A stretch of 64,000 bases of DNA from Candidatus Uhrbacteria bacterium (GCA_903848275.1 CAINGB010000001.1:1175-65174), one strand, 5' to 3'; shown: positions 19,363 to 29,131, counted from the first letter of the stretch. The notes: a model not told the origin generated them from the sequence alone. Numbers and translations are program-made.

Positions 19363-20340
19363 TTAAATCAGGTTAATTGACTGCGCTAAGTGGTACTGGC
19401 CGATGGCCCTGGCAACGTTATGACTGCGTCGATCCGGATATTTCTCGGCATTAAAGCCGAAGTAATTATCGCGCACCACATCAATCAAGAACCGGCTAGT
19501 CAACTCAAACGCAATCAACTTAGTAGCCCGAAGGTACAGGTTTTGCTCACTATCAGTCAACTCCCTACCCAATCCTTCAGCATAACCAGCCAAAGCTGCC
19601 TGACACAGCGCCTGATCTATGACCGCTTCAGCGTCATCTTCACTCGTCTTATTGCACCAGGAACGCAGCGCATCACCCAAATCAATCGCTGGGAAGTGCC
19701 ATAAAATAGTATCGAAATCAATCACGCCGACTGCCTTCCCTAATTCGTCAAACAACAAATTTGAAATCTTCAAGTCACCATGAATAACCTGTTTCATCTG
19801 CACAGATTCGTTGAGCAACAACTTCGGTACCTGATCAATAATATCTTGCGCCATCACCATTAACTCACTCGGCAACTCAGCACTCACCGCTGTCAGCTCG
19901 TTAACGATGTACTCCGTCTCATGAAAATGCGGAATACTCCCGGTCGGCCTGTAATCCAGCTTAGCCAGCAAGCCATGCATCTCTCCCACCATCCTGCCCG
20001 CCTCCCGCGCCATCTTTTCGTTATCAATAGCATCCACAACCACACCATCAATCCACGGATACACTCGCCACCTATCACCTTCACTATCCGTCGCGAACGG
20101 CTGACCATCATTCGTCAAAAGCAATTTTGGTACTCGTAACCCATGCTCAGCCAAATAACTCGTCACTACCAGCATATCCGACGCCGCTGCGTCAGGAATT
20201 ATCTGGTGAATCTTCTGCAATACAAAAACCCCTCCCAAGGCTGTCACTTTGTACGTGGTATTTATCAACCCATTCCCTACCGGCTCAAGTGTAGTCACCG
20301 CACCTAATTGCCAGTTATTGACCACGTCATTTGGCTGCAT
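19363..20340 (-). CDS. phosphotransferase (APH / homoserine-kinase-II-like kinase fold) family protein
   Basis: Catalytic loop HGDLKISNLLFD and IDFD motif. Confidence 0.7.
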   Translation of the reverse strand: MQPNDVVNNWQLGAVTTLEPVGNGLINTTYKVTALGGVFVLQKIHQIIPDAAASDMLVVTSYLAEHGLRVPKLLLTNDGQPFATDSEGDRWRVYPWIDGVVVDAIDNEKMAREAGRMVGEMHGLLAKLDYRPTGSIPHFHETEYIVNELTAVSAELPSELMVMAQDIIDQVPKLLLNESVQMKQVIHGDLKISNLLFDELGKAVGVIDFDTILWHFPAIDLGDALRSWCNKTSEDDAEAVIDQALCQAALAGYAEGLGRELTDSEQNLYLRATKLIAFELTSRFLIDVVRDNYFGFNAEKYPDRRSHNVARAIGQYHLAQSINLI

Positions 20341-20397
20341 AAAAATTTATTACTTTCTGTATCTGTTTTATCACGCGCCGAACTTTGCTGCAACAAA

Positions 20398-20430
20398 CAA
20401 AAAAGCCCGGAATTAAACCGGACTTTTCTG
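20398..20430 (-). terminator. rho-independent terminator downstream of hup
   Basis: Minus-strand hairpin GTCCGG...CCGGGC followed by TTTTTT. Confidence 0.5.
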
Positions 20431-20443
20431 AGTCAATTGCAGT

Positions 20444-20731
20444 TTACAGAAGAGCCTCCTTACAAGCCTTACCTACGCCGAACTTGAGGACGGTCTTAGC
20501 TGGAATCTGGATAGTTGCACCAGTGGCTGGGTTGCGGCCCATACGAGCTGCGCGTGCCTTCTTAGCCAACTTACCGAGACCTGGGAGAACAACTTCACCA
20601 GCGCGCTTTACTTCGCTGTACAAGAGAGCCAACATACCATCCCACATTTCGCCAGTCTGCTTCTTGCTCACGCCCCACTTCTCAGACAATTCAGCAACGA
20701 GCTGTGACTTGGTCAAACGTTTTGCGGCCAT
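20444..20731 (-). CDS. hup: DNA-binding protein HU
   Basis: 95 aa; ...RMGRNPATGATIQIPAKTVLKFGVGKA... HU/IHF fold signature. Confidence 0.9.
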   Translation of the reverse strand: MAAKRLTKSQLVAELSEKWGVSKKQTGEMWDGMLALLYSEVKRAGEVVLPGLGKLAKKARAARMGRNPATGATIQIPAKTVLKFGVGKACKEALL

Positions 20732-20810
20732 AAAAAAATTTATGATTTGTTAATTACGCCGTAAATCTTAACATATTCAGCGAATTGAGGAAATAGTTAT
20801 GCACAGCCCG

Positions 20811-20860
20811 GTGCCAGGTGTGTGCTAGGTACTGGGTAGCACCTAGCACACACCTGGCAC
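20811..20860. promoter_or_regulatory. 20-bp perfect inverted repeat (GTGCCAGGTGTGTGCTAGGT-N10-reverse complement) between htrA stop and hup start
   Basis: Arms are exact reverse complements; no T-run follows on either strand. Confidence 0.5.
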
Positions 20861-20922
20861 TGTCTCATTTAATTATAACAAAAAAGAGGCTAACTACAGC
20901 CTCTCTCTTGCAACAACTGTCA

Positions 20923-22194
20923 TTACTTGGTCGTCTTCGCTGGTTCAGTTAACGTCACTGTAATCTCTTTTTCTTCACCATCATGCAGCACTTTTAATTT
21001 CACTTCCTCACCAGCCGATCTGTCCTGCAACAAATTATTAAGCGGCTTTTCAGTTGTGACATCAACTCCGTCAACACTCAAAATAATGTCGTTCTCAACT
21101 AATCCCGCCTTGTCCGCTGGCGAGCCTGGCACCACCGCCAACTCTCCGTTACTACCGCGCAGCAACAACGCTCCATGGTCAACCGTCAGATTGTTGGCGT
21201 CTATCAGTTGTTGATCAATCGTCACAAAACGTACTCCCAAGAACGGCCGTACAATGTGGCCATACTTTTTCATATCATCAATCGACTTGCTGACCTCGTT
21301 AGCCGGCAAAGCAAACGCAATGTTCGATCCGCCATTACTAGCCGCCACATTGACGCCAATCACAAAGCCTTGCAAGTCGAGTAATGGTCCGCCAGAATTA
21401 CCAGAATTAATTGCCGCATCCGTCTGAATCACGTCCTGCAGTAATTCCGATTGACCTTGGCCACTCGAAGCTGTCACCGAGCGCGACAAGCCAGACACCA
21501 CACCGACCGACACTGTGTTGCGGAACTGACCAAGTGCGTTACCAATCGCAATCACTGACTGACCCTGTTTCAGCTGATCAGAATCACCAAACTGCAAGTA
21601 AGCCAAGTCCCTGCCGCCATTGTCTATTTTAAGCAAAGCAATATCGTAAACATCACCAAGCGCCACCACAGTCGCGTCGTGCTTACTGCCATCATTCAAG
21701 AAGACGGTATAGGAAGCCTCTTTATCTGCCACCACATGTTGGTTAGTGACAACATAACCATCAGCCGAGATTATGAAGCCCGAACCACTACTCACCTCTT
21801 GCGATTTTGTACCATTCTGCCGGTATTGTGGAATGACGAAACCAAACCCCACGCTCTGATTATACTGCTCCATGTTCGGCACATCTTTAGTGGCGACAAT
21901 CGACACCACTGCTGGATTAACCCTAGCCACTGCGTCGACCACGCTTACTCCGTCTGTACCACCACTAACGGATACCCCGTCAGCTACTACCTGACTCGTC
22001 GTACCTGCCCCAAACCAATTAGCCAACTTGCCGCTCTTATGAGCCGCTGTCAAACCTACACCCGCCAAAATGAAGACTACACACATCGCGACAATTGAAC
22101 CCATCAAGCCGAACACGAAAGCTTCTTTTTTACGCTTAATATCTTGTTCATCGAGCATACAAATTTCTATTAATAACAATAGAAATTGTAGCAC
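20923..22194 (-). CDS. HtrA/DegP-family serine protease with C-terminal PDZ domain
   Basis: Catalytic motifs TNQHVV, GNSGGPLLD; N-terminal TM; PDZ-like C-terminus; start could be an internal Met. Confidence 0.85.
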   Translation of the reverse strand: MLQFLLLLIEICMLDEQDIKRKKEAFVFGLMGSIVAMCVVFILAGVGLTAAHKSGKLANWFGAGTTSQVVADGVSVSGGTDGVSVVDAVARVNPAVVSIVATKDVPNMEQYNQSVGFGFVIPQYRQNGTKSQEVSSGSGFIISADGYVVTNQHVVADKEASYTVFLNDGSKHDATVVALGDVYDIALLKIDNGGRDLAYLQFGDSDQLKQGQSVIAIGNALGQFRNTVSVGVVSGLSRSVTASSGQGQSELLQDVIQTDAAINSGNSGGPLLDLQGFVIGVNVAASNGGSNIAFALPANEVSKSIDDMKKYGHIVRPFLGVRFVTIDQQLIDANNLTVDHGALLLRGSNGELAVVPGSPADKAGLVENDIILSVDGVDVTTEKPLNNLLQDRSAGEEVKLKVLHDGEEKEITVTLTEPAKTTK

Positions 22195-22202
22195 GGCCTT
22201 TT

Positions 22203-22757
22203 TTACTTCGCATCTTCTACCTTCACTACCTCTTCATTGTTACCATAGCGAGAGCGGATTTTCGCCAAATTTAAACGCACAATATCCGCCAAAGAAACAT
22301 GCAGTTCAGTCGCCAACTGCGCCATGTACCACAACACATCGCCTAATTCATCCGCAATCATCCTACGGTGCTCAGCATCAATCTCGCCCTCATGTTTGCG
22401 CCACATTTTTTTAACGACGTTGGCTACTTCGCCAGCCTCTCCCGCCAAACCTAAAGTCGGGTAAATCGGATTATTCCCATGATTCGGGTAAATCGCCGTT
22501 TTCCGGCTTTCCCGTTGATAGCCCTCCCAGTCAACGTCGATCGCTTCACTCACCAACTGAAATCGCGGCGTAATCTCCCCCTCAAGCACTAACTGCTCTG
22601 TAAACATAGTGAGCGGTCGTACCCACACCCCAGCCTCGCCGTACAACGCCCGGTACACCACCAGTTCTTCTCTACTCTCACTATGCAGCGCGACAGCCAT
22701 CACCCGATAGTGATTGCCTTTGTAATGCTTATAAGTTGCTCCGATGATTACTGACAT
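22203..22757 (-). CDS. DUF1653–MazG-like nucleoside triphosphate pyrophosphohydrolase fusion
   Basis: N-term YKHYKGNHYRV (DUF1653-like); MazG motifs LGLAGEAGEVANVVKK...ELGDVLWY. Confidence 0.65.
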   Translation of the reverse strand: MSVIIGATYKHYKGNHYRVMAVALHSESREELVVYRALYGEAGVWVRPLTMFTEQLVLEGEITPRFQLVSEAIDVDWEGYQRESRKTAIYPNHGNNPIYPTLGLAGEAGEVANVVKKMWRKHEGEIDAEHRRMIADELGDVLWYMAQLATELHVSLADIVRLNLAKIRSRYGNNEEVVKVEDAK

Positions 22758-23026
22758 ATTTTTTACTAAAGGCTGGGTAGTGACGTAGCTGGGTAGCGGG
22801 GTAGATTAAACTATTTAGCAGCCTGAGCCTTGTAGGAGAGAGCAACTGGCAGGGTGGTCCTCTGACGACGCCAAGACCGGCCCGTGTCTATCGCTCCGAT
22901 CAATCACGAGGCTCGGCAAGATAGCGAGAGACCGGTCGCCATTCCTCCACCAACTCAGTTAAGAAATGTGGCGGTCGCGTCTGCAGCTAGGAAGAGGACT
23001 ACTCTGCCGGTTGCGAGCAACGAACA

Positions 23027-24025
23027 CTAGACCAAATACTTCCCATCCTTAAACACCACCTCGGCATCAATCGTCACCTGCGTCACATCGACGAAGACGT
23101 CAACATGGTAACGGCTTGAGCGCTTCGGGAAACCAGGCTTAGCGTAAATAGTATGCTTCTGCCCGAGCGACAAGTGGATGCCACACATCCGTTCGTAGCT
23201 GCCAATATCCGTCAAACGAATATCGCGTGTCATGGCCCGGTTCATCCCAAAACCAAGTTCACGCACCCACAGTTGTTCGTCCATTTTAATCTGGTCAAGA
23301 ATGTCGACAAACTCTGGTGGTGCATCTGGTGCGTCGACGATAATCCCTTCTTTGATGACCACCAACACCGGCTGTTCAGGCGAAATAACTCTAAACTTAT
23401 TGTCACCAAACGCAAACAGCTTGACCGTGCCGTTCACGCCGCTCATATTCGTCGGCTCCGTGAACACCTCACCGATCGGAAACTGACCGCCAGTATTCTT
23501 CATCCCCGTGTAATCGCCAATATTCAGTTTAGCATCCTCCATCGGCGTGTCATACACCAACTCAGCCCCATTACAGCTCACCACAATGCGTTGCGCCTTA
23601 TCGATCTGCGCCTTAATCGCTGGCCCCACTGTGCGGTAATATTCTTTATCGTATTCCAACGCCTTAATATACGTCGGCCATTCCACCTCTGGAATGCGTC
23701 CCAAATGCGGATGCTCAATCACTTTCAAGCTACGATTAAACAACTCTAAACGGAACCTAAACTCATTCAATCTAAAACTAGTCGATTGCACCATCACCAC
23801 TAAATCCTTCGGCGCCAACAAATCAATCGCCGCTTTAATCTCATCTGGCGTCTGCTTATTGAAGTCGACCAAAATCGCCTCCGGCAAAACCGCCTTATAC
23901 GCCTCGGTCAGCATAGTCGTCAGCCCACAATCCTCATCAAACACAATCATCGCCTTATTCTCAGGCGTATATTCCAACGCCTCGAACACGACTCCGTGAA
24001 TAATCTCATTTAACGAAAGCTCCAT
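23027..24025 (-). CDS. hypothetical protein, possibly aminopeptidase-like (M29-type H-x-D, weak)
   Basis: 332 aa; GIHLSLG and YHVDVFVD motifs only. Confidence 0.3.
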   Translation of the reverse strand: MELSLNEIIHGVVFEALEYTPENKAMIVFDEDCGLTTMLTEAYKAVLPEAILVDFNKQTPDEIKAAIDLLAPKDLVVMVQSTSFRLNEFRFRLELFNRSLKVIEHPHLGRIPEVEWPTYIKALEYDKEYYRTVGPAIKAQIDKAQRIVVSCNGAELVYDTPMEDAKLNIGDYTGMKNTGGQFPIGEVFTEPTNMSGVNGTVKLFAFGDNKFRVISPEQPVLVVIKEGIIVDAPDAPPEFVDILDQIKMDEQLWVRELGFGMNRAMTRDIRLTDIGSYERMCGIHLSLGQKHTIYAKPGFPKRSSRYHVDVFVDVTQVTIDAEVVFKDGKYLV

Positions 24026-24069
24026 AGTGTAGTTAGCCTACACCATGGAGCTATTTTCTGGAAGTCTAG

Positions 24070-25134
24070 CTACTCAATGTTAACTGGTATTTCAACTGAC
24101 TTACTCTTAGCTGGATCACCTGATGGATTATCATTACTCAAAACGAGCGTCCCGCAAGAAGTCGTTGGTACGGCCGTGTAAGTCAACGTAGCCGTAAACG
24201 GCACGAAGTCCGTCGTCATCCAGTCACCCGTAGCATGCGCTTGGCCAGTTGCTACCGTATTACCATCAGCATCAAGCAAGCTAACTGGGAACACAGCTTC
24301 GGAATACCAAGTACCACGAGCCACACCACTAATCGCCACCGGACTCGTCAACGTCTCATTATCAATCGGTGAGGCCACACGAATCAAATCACTATACTGA
24401 CCACTGCCAGTCATCATGCCAGACATTGTAGTACAGCCAAGAGTTGAAGTATCAGTTGTTGTATCTGGCCAATCCATCATTCTTGTTCCGAAATCATCAG
24501 CTCCGCTCGTCGACAAATCAGCAGTTCGGATGCTCGTACCAACAATACCAAAGAATGAGAACATGACGATCATGCCGATTATCCACACCAAGTTCAAACA
24601 GAAAATCACCAAGCCGATCGTATCCCACACCTTCTGCACGCGTTTAAATTCGTCGACGCTGACCCACTGACGCTCGCGCCAGGCCCATTCTTTACCTTTA
24701 GCACCAAGCACGAACATCATGATAAAGCCGACCATTGGCACAAAGCACAACAGTGACAACCAGACGCTATTGCCAATACCCCAAATCCAGGTCAGCATAA
24801 AACCACCCCAGCTCCAGCCCTTAATCTCCGCTGGCACGGTCGACGCTTCACCTTTACCTGAGCGCTTATCGAATGCTCCAGTAATTGGTGTTGGTTGCGC
24901 CAACAAGTAAATACCCACCGGGATACCTACAAACATACCCAGGATGCAGAGTATCCCGCCTAAACCCATCAAAAGACGCATGATATTGCCCAACATAAAA
25001 GCTCCATCTGAGCCGGTACCACCACCTGATTGCGCAATGATAAAGCTCGCCATGGCGTACATAGCCATAAGTACCACTAGAATTATCGGCGGTAATACAA
25101 TGCATAATACCCCCATCAGTTTGTTATTCTTCAT
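24070..25134 (-). CDS. membrane protein with C-terminal Gmad2-type Ig-like domain
   Basis: Six-plus TM N-terminal half; C-terminal beta-rich domain. Confidence 0.4.
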   Translation of the reverse strand: MKNNKLMGVLCIVLPPIILVVLMAMYAMASFIIAQSGGGTGSDGAFMLGNIMRLLMGLGGILCILGMFVGIPVGIYLLAQPTPITGAFDKRSGKGEASTVPAEIKGWSWGGFMLTWIWGIGNSVWLSLLCFVPMVGFIMMFVLGAKGKEWAWRERQWVSVDEFKRVQKVWDTIGLVIFCLNLVWIIGMIVMFSFFGIVGTSIRTADLSTSGADDFGTRMMDWPDTTTDTSTLGCTTMSGMMTGSGQYSDLIRVASPIDNETLTSPVAISGVARGTWYSEAVFPVSLLDADGNTVATGQAHATGDWMTTDFVPFTATLTYTAVPTTSCGTLVLSNDNPSGDPAKSKSVEIPVNIE

Positions 25135-25143
25135 AGAAAAAAG

Positions 25144-25401
25144 CTAATTATTAGCCCAAGTATAGCACAGCTTAATCTTCTCCGCCCTCGTCATCTTCTT
25201 CAGCGCATTCTCCCGCAAATGCGCCGCACTCTCGGACTCCTGCGCCTCGACGAAAACTAATTTAAGCGGCCCTCGCCCCCTAGTATACTTCGCCCCTTTC
25301 CCTAACCTGTGTTTCTCTACTCTGGCCTGCACATCGGTGGCAATCCCGGTGTATAGCGTCCCGTCACCGCACTGCAGAATGTAGACAAACCAGTCGGACA
25401 T
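25144..25401 (-). CDS. GIY-YIG nuclease-domain small protein (UPF0213-like)
   Basis: WFVYILQCGDGTLYTGIATDVQARVEKH...GAKYTRGRGPLKLV. Confidence 0.75.
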   Translation of the reverse strand: MSDWFVYILQCGDGTLYTGIATDVQARVEKHRLGKGAKYTRGRGPLKLVFVEAQESESAAHLRENALKKMTRAEKIKLCYTWANN

Positions 25402-25455
25402 AAAAATAGTTGGTAGTTAGTAGTCGGTAGTTGGTAGCTTAAAAATTTTATTGAG

Positions 25456-25605
25456 CCCAAAAGACCAAGTAGCGAGGGGCAGGCCTAACATCCTTTAGTC
25501 GGGTGACGCGAGCCAGGTCCCCTGCTGGGCGCGGAACGCCTAGTGAGCACCCAGGAGGGTGGCCAAGCGGCAGGACCCGACGAACCTTCGCACCCCAAGC
25601 CTTGG
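25456..25605 (+). repeat. GC-rich element, copy C, extended 150-nt form
   Basis: Near-identical over about 150 nt to 29166..29316; core 25498..25581. Confidence 0.85.
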
Positions 25606-25649
25606 CCTAGATTGTTTCGCTAACGCTCGCAAAAACAAATCAAATAGAG

Positions 25650-26192
25650 TTAAATCCGCAACTTCCGCAGCTCTCCCCGCAACTTCTTCGCTTCCGGCAA
25701 CATCTCCAGCATCCTCCGCCAAAAAGCCGGCCCGTGGTTATGCTCAGCAATATGGCACAACTCATGCACGACCAAATAATCCTGCAACTCCGGTGGCAAC
25801 ATGACAACCCTGTAATTAAACGACAAATTTCCTACTCTATTACAACTTCCCCATCTGCTCTGCTGATTGCGAATGCTCAGCTTCCCAATCGTAAAGCCGT
25901 AATGCAGATTAAAATATTGCAGCCGAGCCTCAACCAACCTTAGCGCCGCCTGCTTATTCTTCTTGTACTCAACCGTCGTCCCCTCGCCAATCCTCTTAGC
26001 TGACGTCAATTTCATCTTCATTCTCACCTCCTCAATCCAAGCCATTTTACTCTTCACTAACCCCGCAATCATCCGCAAGCTCACCCTCAATGGCGCCGAA
26101 ACCCTCACCTCGCCCGACCCATCAATCCGTATTCGCACACTCCGCGACCGCCGGTAGCGCTTAATTTTAAAACCGACTTCATCGCTAACCAT
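25650..26192 (-). CDS. DUF45 / M48-family (YgjP-like) zinc metallopeptidase
   Basis: HELCHIAEHNH zinc-binding motif; N-terminal pattern typical of DUF45. Confidence 0.75.
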   Translation of the reverse strand: MVSDEVGFKIKRYRRSRSVRIRIDGSGEVRVSAPLRVSLRMIAGLVKSKMAWIEEVRMKMKLTSAKRIGEGTTVEYKKNKQAALRLVEARLQYFNLHYGFTIGKLSIRNQQSRWGSCNRVGNLSFNYRVVMLPPELQDYLVVHELCHIAEHNHGPAFWRRMLEMLPEAKKLRGELRKLRI

Positions 26193-26271
26193 AAAGAAAA
26201 TATAATAACTTGTATTTTATTGGGAAAAAGATGATACAATAGTCTCAGAATTTATCATTAGCTACAATCCT

Positions 26272-26631
26272 ATGGCCTTCTTCGACACTCTCCGCGAACA
26301 AGCTGGCAGATTCTTCAAAGCTCCCAAAAAAGAAGGTCGTGGTGGTATCGACATTCCACGTCCTGATGTTACACCAGAAGAGTACGAGAAAGAAGTTCTA
26401 GGCACTCAACCACAAGGCCTCGATGATCTCAAGAAAGCTGCAGAAGAAAGACAATTTGATGCCGCCCTAGCCGCAGATTATAGCGGTGACCATGCTCGCG
26501 CCGACGCCATTCGTAAAGAAATGAAAGCAGACGTTATCAATCAAGAGCCAATTCCTATGGAATCAGCTGACGAAGAAATTAGCGATGATGACGATATTAC
26601 CGAAGAGATGGAACAACATAAAGTCGCCTAA
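26272..26631 (+). CDS. hypothetical acidic protein
   Basis: 119-aa ORF with extended -10 (TGATACAAT) upstream; no domain recognised. Confidence 0.4.
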   Translation: MAFFDTLREQAGRFFKAPKKEGRGGIDIPRPDVTPEEYEKEVLGTQPQGLDDLKKAAEERQFDAALAADYSGDHARADAIRKEMKADVINQEPIPMESADEEISDDDDITEEMEQHKVA

Positions 26632-27905
26632 AACTGTTCCGAGAACAAAGCCGCAAAGGCTTCACGAAACCGCCACCACAGACTCCGCTTACGCCACTCG
26701 CGTAGGCGGATTTCTTTAGCCTGTTTACTATCGCGAGCAAAGGCCGACGTCAGCTCACTCACCAAATTCTCGTCGAGCACCGCTAACACATTCTCCTCAT
26801 TCAATTCCTTACTACGGATGTCTATATTGGCACTGCCCACAATCGCCCAAGCTTCGTCGACCACAATAAACTTGCTGTGCAACATAGTCTTCTGGTACTC
26901 AAAAATCCGCACGCCAGCTGCTAACAACTCCTCATAATAATAACGCCCGGCCCACAAGACCGGCGGCACATCTATCAACTCATTCGGCACCATCACCCGC
27001 ACGTCGACACCAGCCATCGCTCGTGCCTTCAAAACTGCCAGAATGTGATGATCTGGTACAAAGTACGGATTCTCAAGCAGTATCTGCCGTTGCGCTCCCA
27101 TGAACGACATCCAGAGTAGCGAGCGCATGGGGTGCACCACATCACTCGGCGAAGACGCAATACTAACGAACGGTACCGTACCGCGTGACTTCACTACCGG
27201 AAAATATTTCTTGCCAACCAAAATCTCACCGGTCGACCCAGACCACATTTGCACAAAAGCCGCCTGCAAACGCAGCGCCATCGTGCCAGTCACCTCAAAC
27301 ATATTATCCCGCCAATGCTTAGGGTCCTGCGCATGCCCTAACCACTCGTCGCTCACCGACATCCCGCCAGTAAAAGCAATCTTACCGTCAATCACAATCG
27401 ACCGCCGGTGATTACGTCGCAAGTAACGACTGAACTTACCAAATTCAAACCTACTAAACCAAGCCACTACGCCGCCTGCCGCCTGCAACACTCTAAACTT
27501 ATCTTCCGGCGCGTAAAAACCACCCAAACTATCCAAAAAAACACGCACCTCCACCCCCTCCCGTGCCTTCTCAATTAACAAGCTGAGAAGCACGTCTGAT
27601 AATCTACCATCCGCCCAAATAAACGTCATTAAGTGAATATGGTGCTTGGCCGCCTTCATGGCCGCAAACATGGCCGGAAAAATCTCATCACCATTAGTCA
27701 GCATCTCTACTCGATCGCCCTTGTCTATCGCCGCTCCAGTCAACGCCGACAAGGCCGCCATAAACTCGTCAGAGCCTGTCACGATCGGCGTCCCAGTAAT
27801 GGCGTTCGGTCGCTTGCCAACGGAACTAAAAAGCGTGACCAGCGTATAAGCCAGCACACACAGTAAAATAATGATAATAACTATGAGCCACCAAAGTGTA
27901 ATCAT
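26628..27905 (-). CDS. cls: cardiolipin synthase (phospholipase D superfamily, two HKD motifs)
   Basis: HKD motifs NHRRSIVIDG and HSKFIVVDEAWAIVGSANIDIRS; N-terminal TM helices. Confidence 0.85.
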   Translation of the reverse strand: MITLWWLIVIIIILLCVLAYTLVTLFSSVGKRPNAITGTPIVTGSDEFMAALSALTGAAIDKGDRVEMLTNGDEIFPAMFAAMKAAKHHIHLMTFIWADGRLSDVLLSLLIEKAREGVEVRVFLDSLGGFYAPEDKFRVLQAAGGVVAWFSRFEFGKFSRYLRRNHRRSIVIDGKIAFTGGMSVSDEWLGHAQDPKHWRDNMFEVTGTMALRLQAAFVQMWSGSTGEILVGKKYFPVVKSRGTVPFVSIASSPSDVVHPMRSLLWMSFMGAQRQILLENPYFVPDHHILAVLKARAMAGVDVRVMVPNELIDVPPVLWAGRYYYEELLAAGVRIFEYQKTMLHSKFIVVDEAWAIVGSANIDIRSKELNEENVLAVLDENLVSELTSAFARDSKQAKEIRLREWRKRSLWWRFREAFAALFSEQF

Positions 27906-27960
27906 ATCCCCCTATTCATCTGTAGTATAACACAAACAAAAAATCCCTCAGCCTAAGCTA

Positions 27961-28046
27961 AAGGATATTTTGGTGGGCCGGGAAGGGTTCGAACCTTCGA
28001 AGGCGTGAGCCAGGAGATTTACAGTCTCCCCCGTTTGACCGCTTCG
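27961..28046 (-). tRNA. tRNA-Tyr (anticodon GTA), long variable arm, CCA encoded
   Basis: Manual fold: acceptor GGGTCGG/CCGGCCC, anticodon loop CTGTAAA, T-loop TTCGAAC, 14-nt variable arm. Confidence 0.85.
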
Positions 28047-28123
28047 GTACCGACCCTGGAGCCGGGGGTCGGATTCGAACCGACGACCTGCTGTTTACAA
28101 AACAGCTGCTCTAACCAACTGAG
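28047..28123 (-). tRNA. tRNA-Thr (anticodon TGT), CCA encoded
   Basis: Manual fold: D-stem GCTC/GAGC, anticodon stem GCTGT/ACAGC with loop TTTGTAA, T-arm GTCGG-TTCGAAT-CCGAC. Confidence 0.85.
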
Positions 28124-28177
28124 CTACACCGGCGTACTAGCGCGAGTAAGATAACAAATAATGCCATTTTAGGCAAC

Positions 28178-29131
28178 TTATTCATTCCTTAGCTTTTTTA
28201 ATGCCTTTTGGTAGTACCCAGCCAAATCCGTCGCATAGTTCGGATTCATCGTCCGCCAGTTCGCTCCGTTATACTGCGTGGCAAATTGCTCGGCATGTTC
28301 GTTGATTGGGAAGATCGACGTCGGCTCATCCAATTTTTCCGCCATAAATCCCACCAACAACTTAACCGCATTCTTCGGGCTATTCATCTGCCCCACTGTC
28401 TTGTTCAAATTATGCCGAGCTCGTTTACCTGCCCCTTTATCCAACACATGATAAGGCGAAATAGAAAATGTGTGATTAGTTGAGTCATACAAAGAAAACT
28501 GGTTCGAACCAATATGCTCGCCCGACTCCATCTTAGCAATCGCCAACATGCTAGCACTGAACTCATCCTCGCCTATTTTCTCAATGATCTTGCGAGCCGT
28601 TTCCCCATAACATTCATCCTTCTCTAATTCCTCGATTCCTTTCTTCGCTTCCGTTAAAAAATCCTCATCGCTAATTTGCAACTTCGAACGCTCAACCGGT
28701 ATCGGCAACCATTCCACATCATGCACCGACTGTTCGGCAATATTAAAACCGACGGTACGCCTCTGCTGCTTATCTAAATATCCGTACTCTGGCAACAAAC
28801 TCAAAGTATTTTGAATACTCTCTTTCGTATCACCAGGCTGCACCCGATAATAATCGAGTCCAATATCATGAAAAATCTCAATCCCCGGCATAATCATCTC
28901 CGTTCTCGCTGCTCGCTCTTCCGCTGTAAACTCCCCACCCAGCACCTCTAAATCAAACTCCGGGTTATCACGATACTTCATCTCCATCTGTTCACTCGTC
29001 CCTATGTCGACGCCGTGAGTCATCGTTTCCGACTGCGCCTGCCGAATCGTCTCCGCACCAAGTCCAGCCGTGCCAATCGCAAAAGCTGTCGTCAAACCAC
29101 GCAGATACTTATTTGGCCGTTCGTGCATCAT
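28178..29131 (-). CDS. hypothetical protein
   Basis: 317-aa ORF; no domain recognised. Confidence 0.4.
   Translation of the reverse strand: MMHERPNKYLRGLTTAFAIGTAGLGAETIRQAQSETMTHGVDIGTSEQMEMKYRDNPEFDLEVLGGEFTAEERAARTEMIMPGIEIFHDIGLDYYRVQPGDTKESIQNTLSLLPEYGYLDKQQRRTVGFNIAEQSVHDVEWLPIPVERSKLQISDEDFLTEAKKGIEELEKDECYGETARKIIEKIGEDEFSASMLAIAKMESGEHIGSNQFSLYDSTNHTFSISPYHVLDKGAGKRARHNLNKTVGQMNSPKNAVKLLVGFMAEKLDEPTSIFPINEHAEQFATQYNGANWRTMNPNYATDLAGYYQKALKKLRNE

Noticed and set aside
22758-23026. RNase P RNA, tmRNA or SRP RNA in the long spacer
   Set aside because: None of the universally conserved motifs (GGAAAGUCCGG, tmRNA tRNA-like ends, SRP domain IV GGAA-GCAG) could be located on either strand.
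25540-25804. ORFs 25540..25722(-) and 25559..25804(+), and likewise 29149..29415(-) and 29213..29434(+)
   Set aside because: Generated by the stop-free GC-rich repeat copies C and D; near-identical DNA at both loci argues for a repeat element, not genes.
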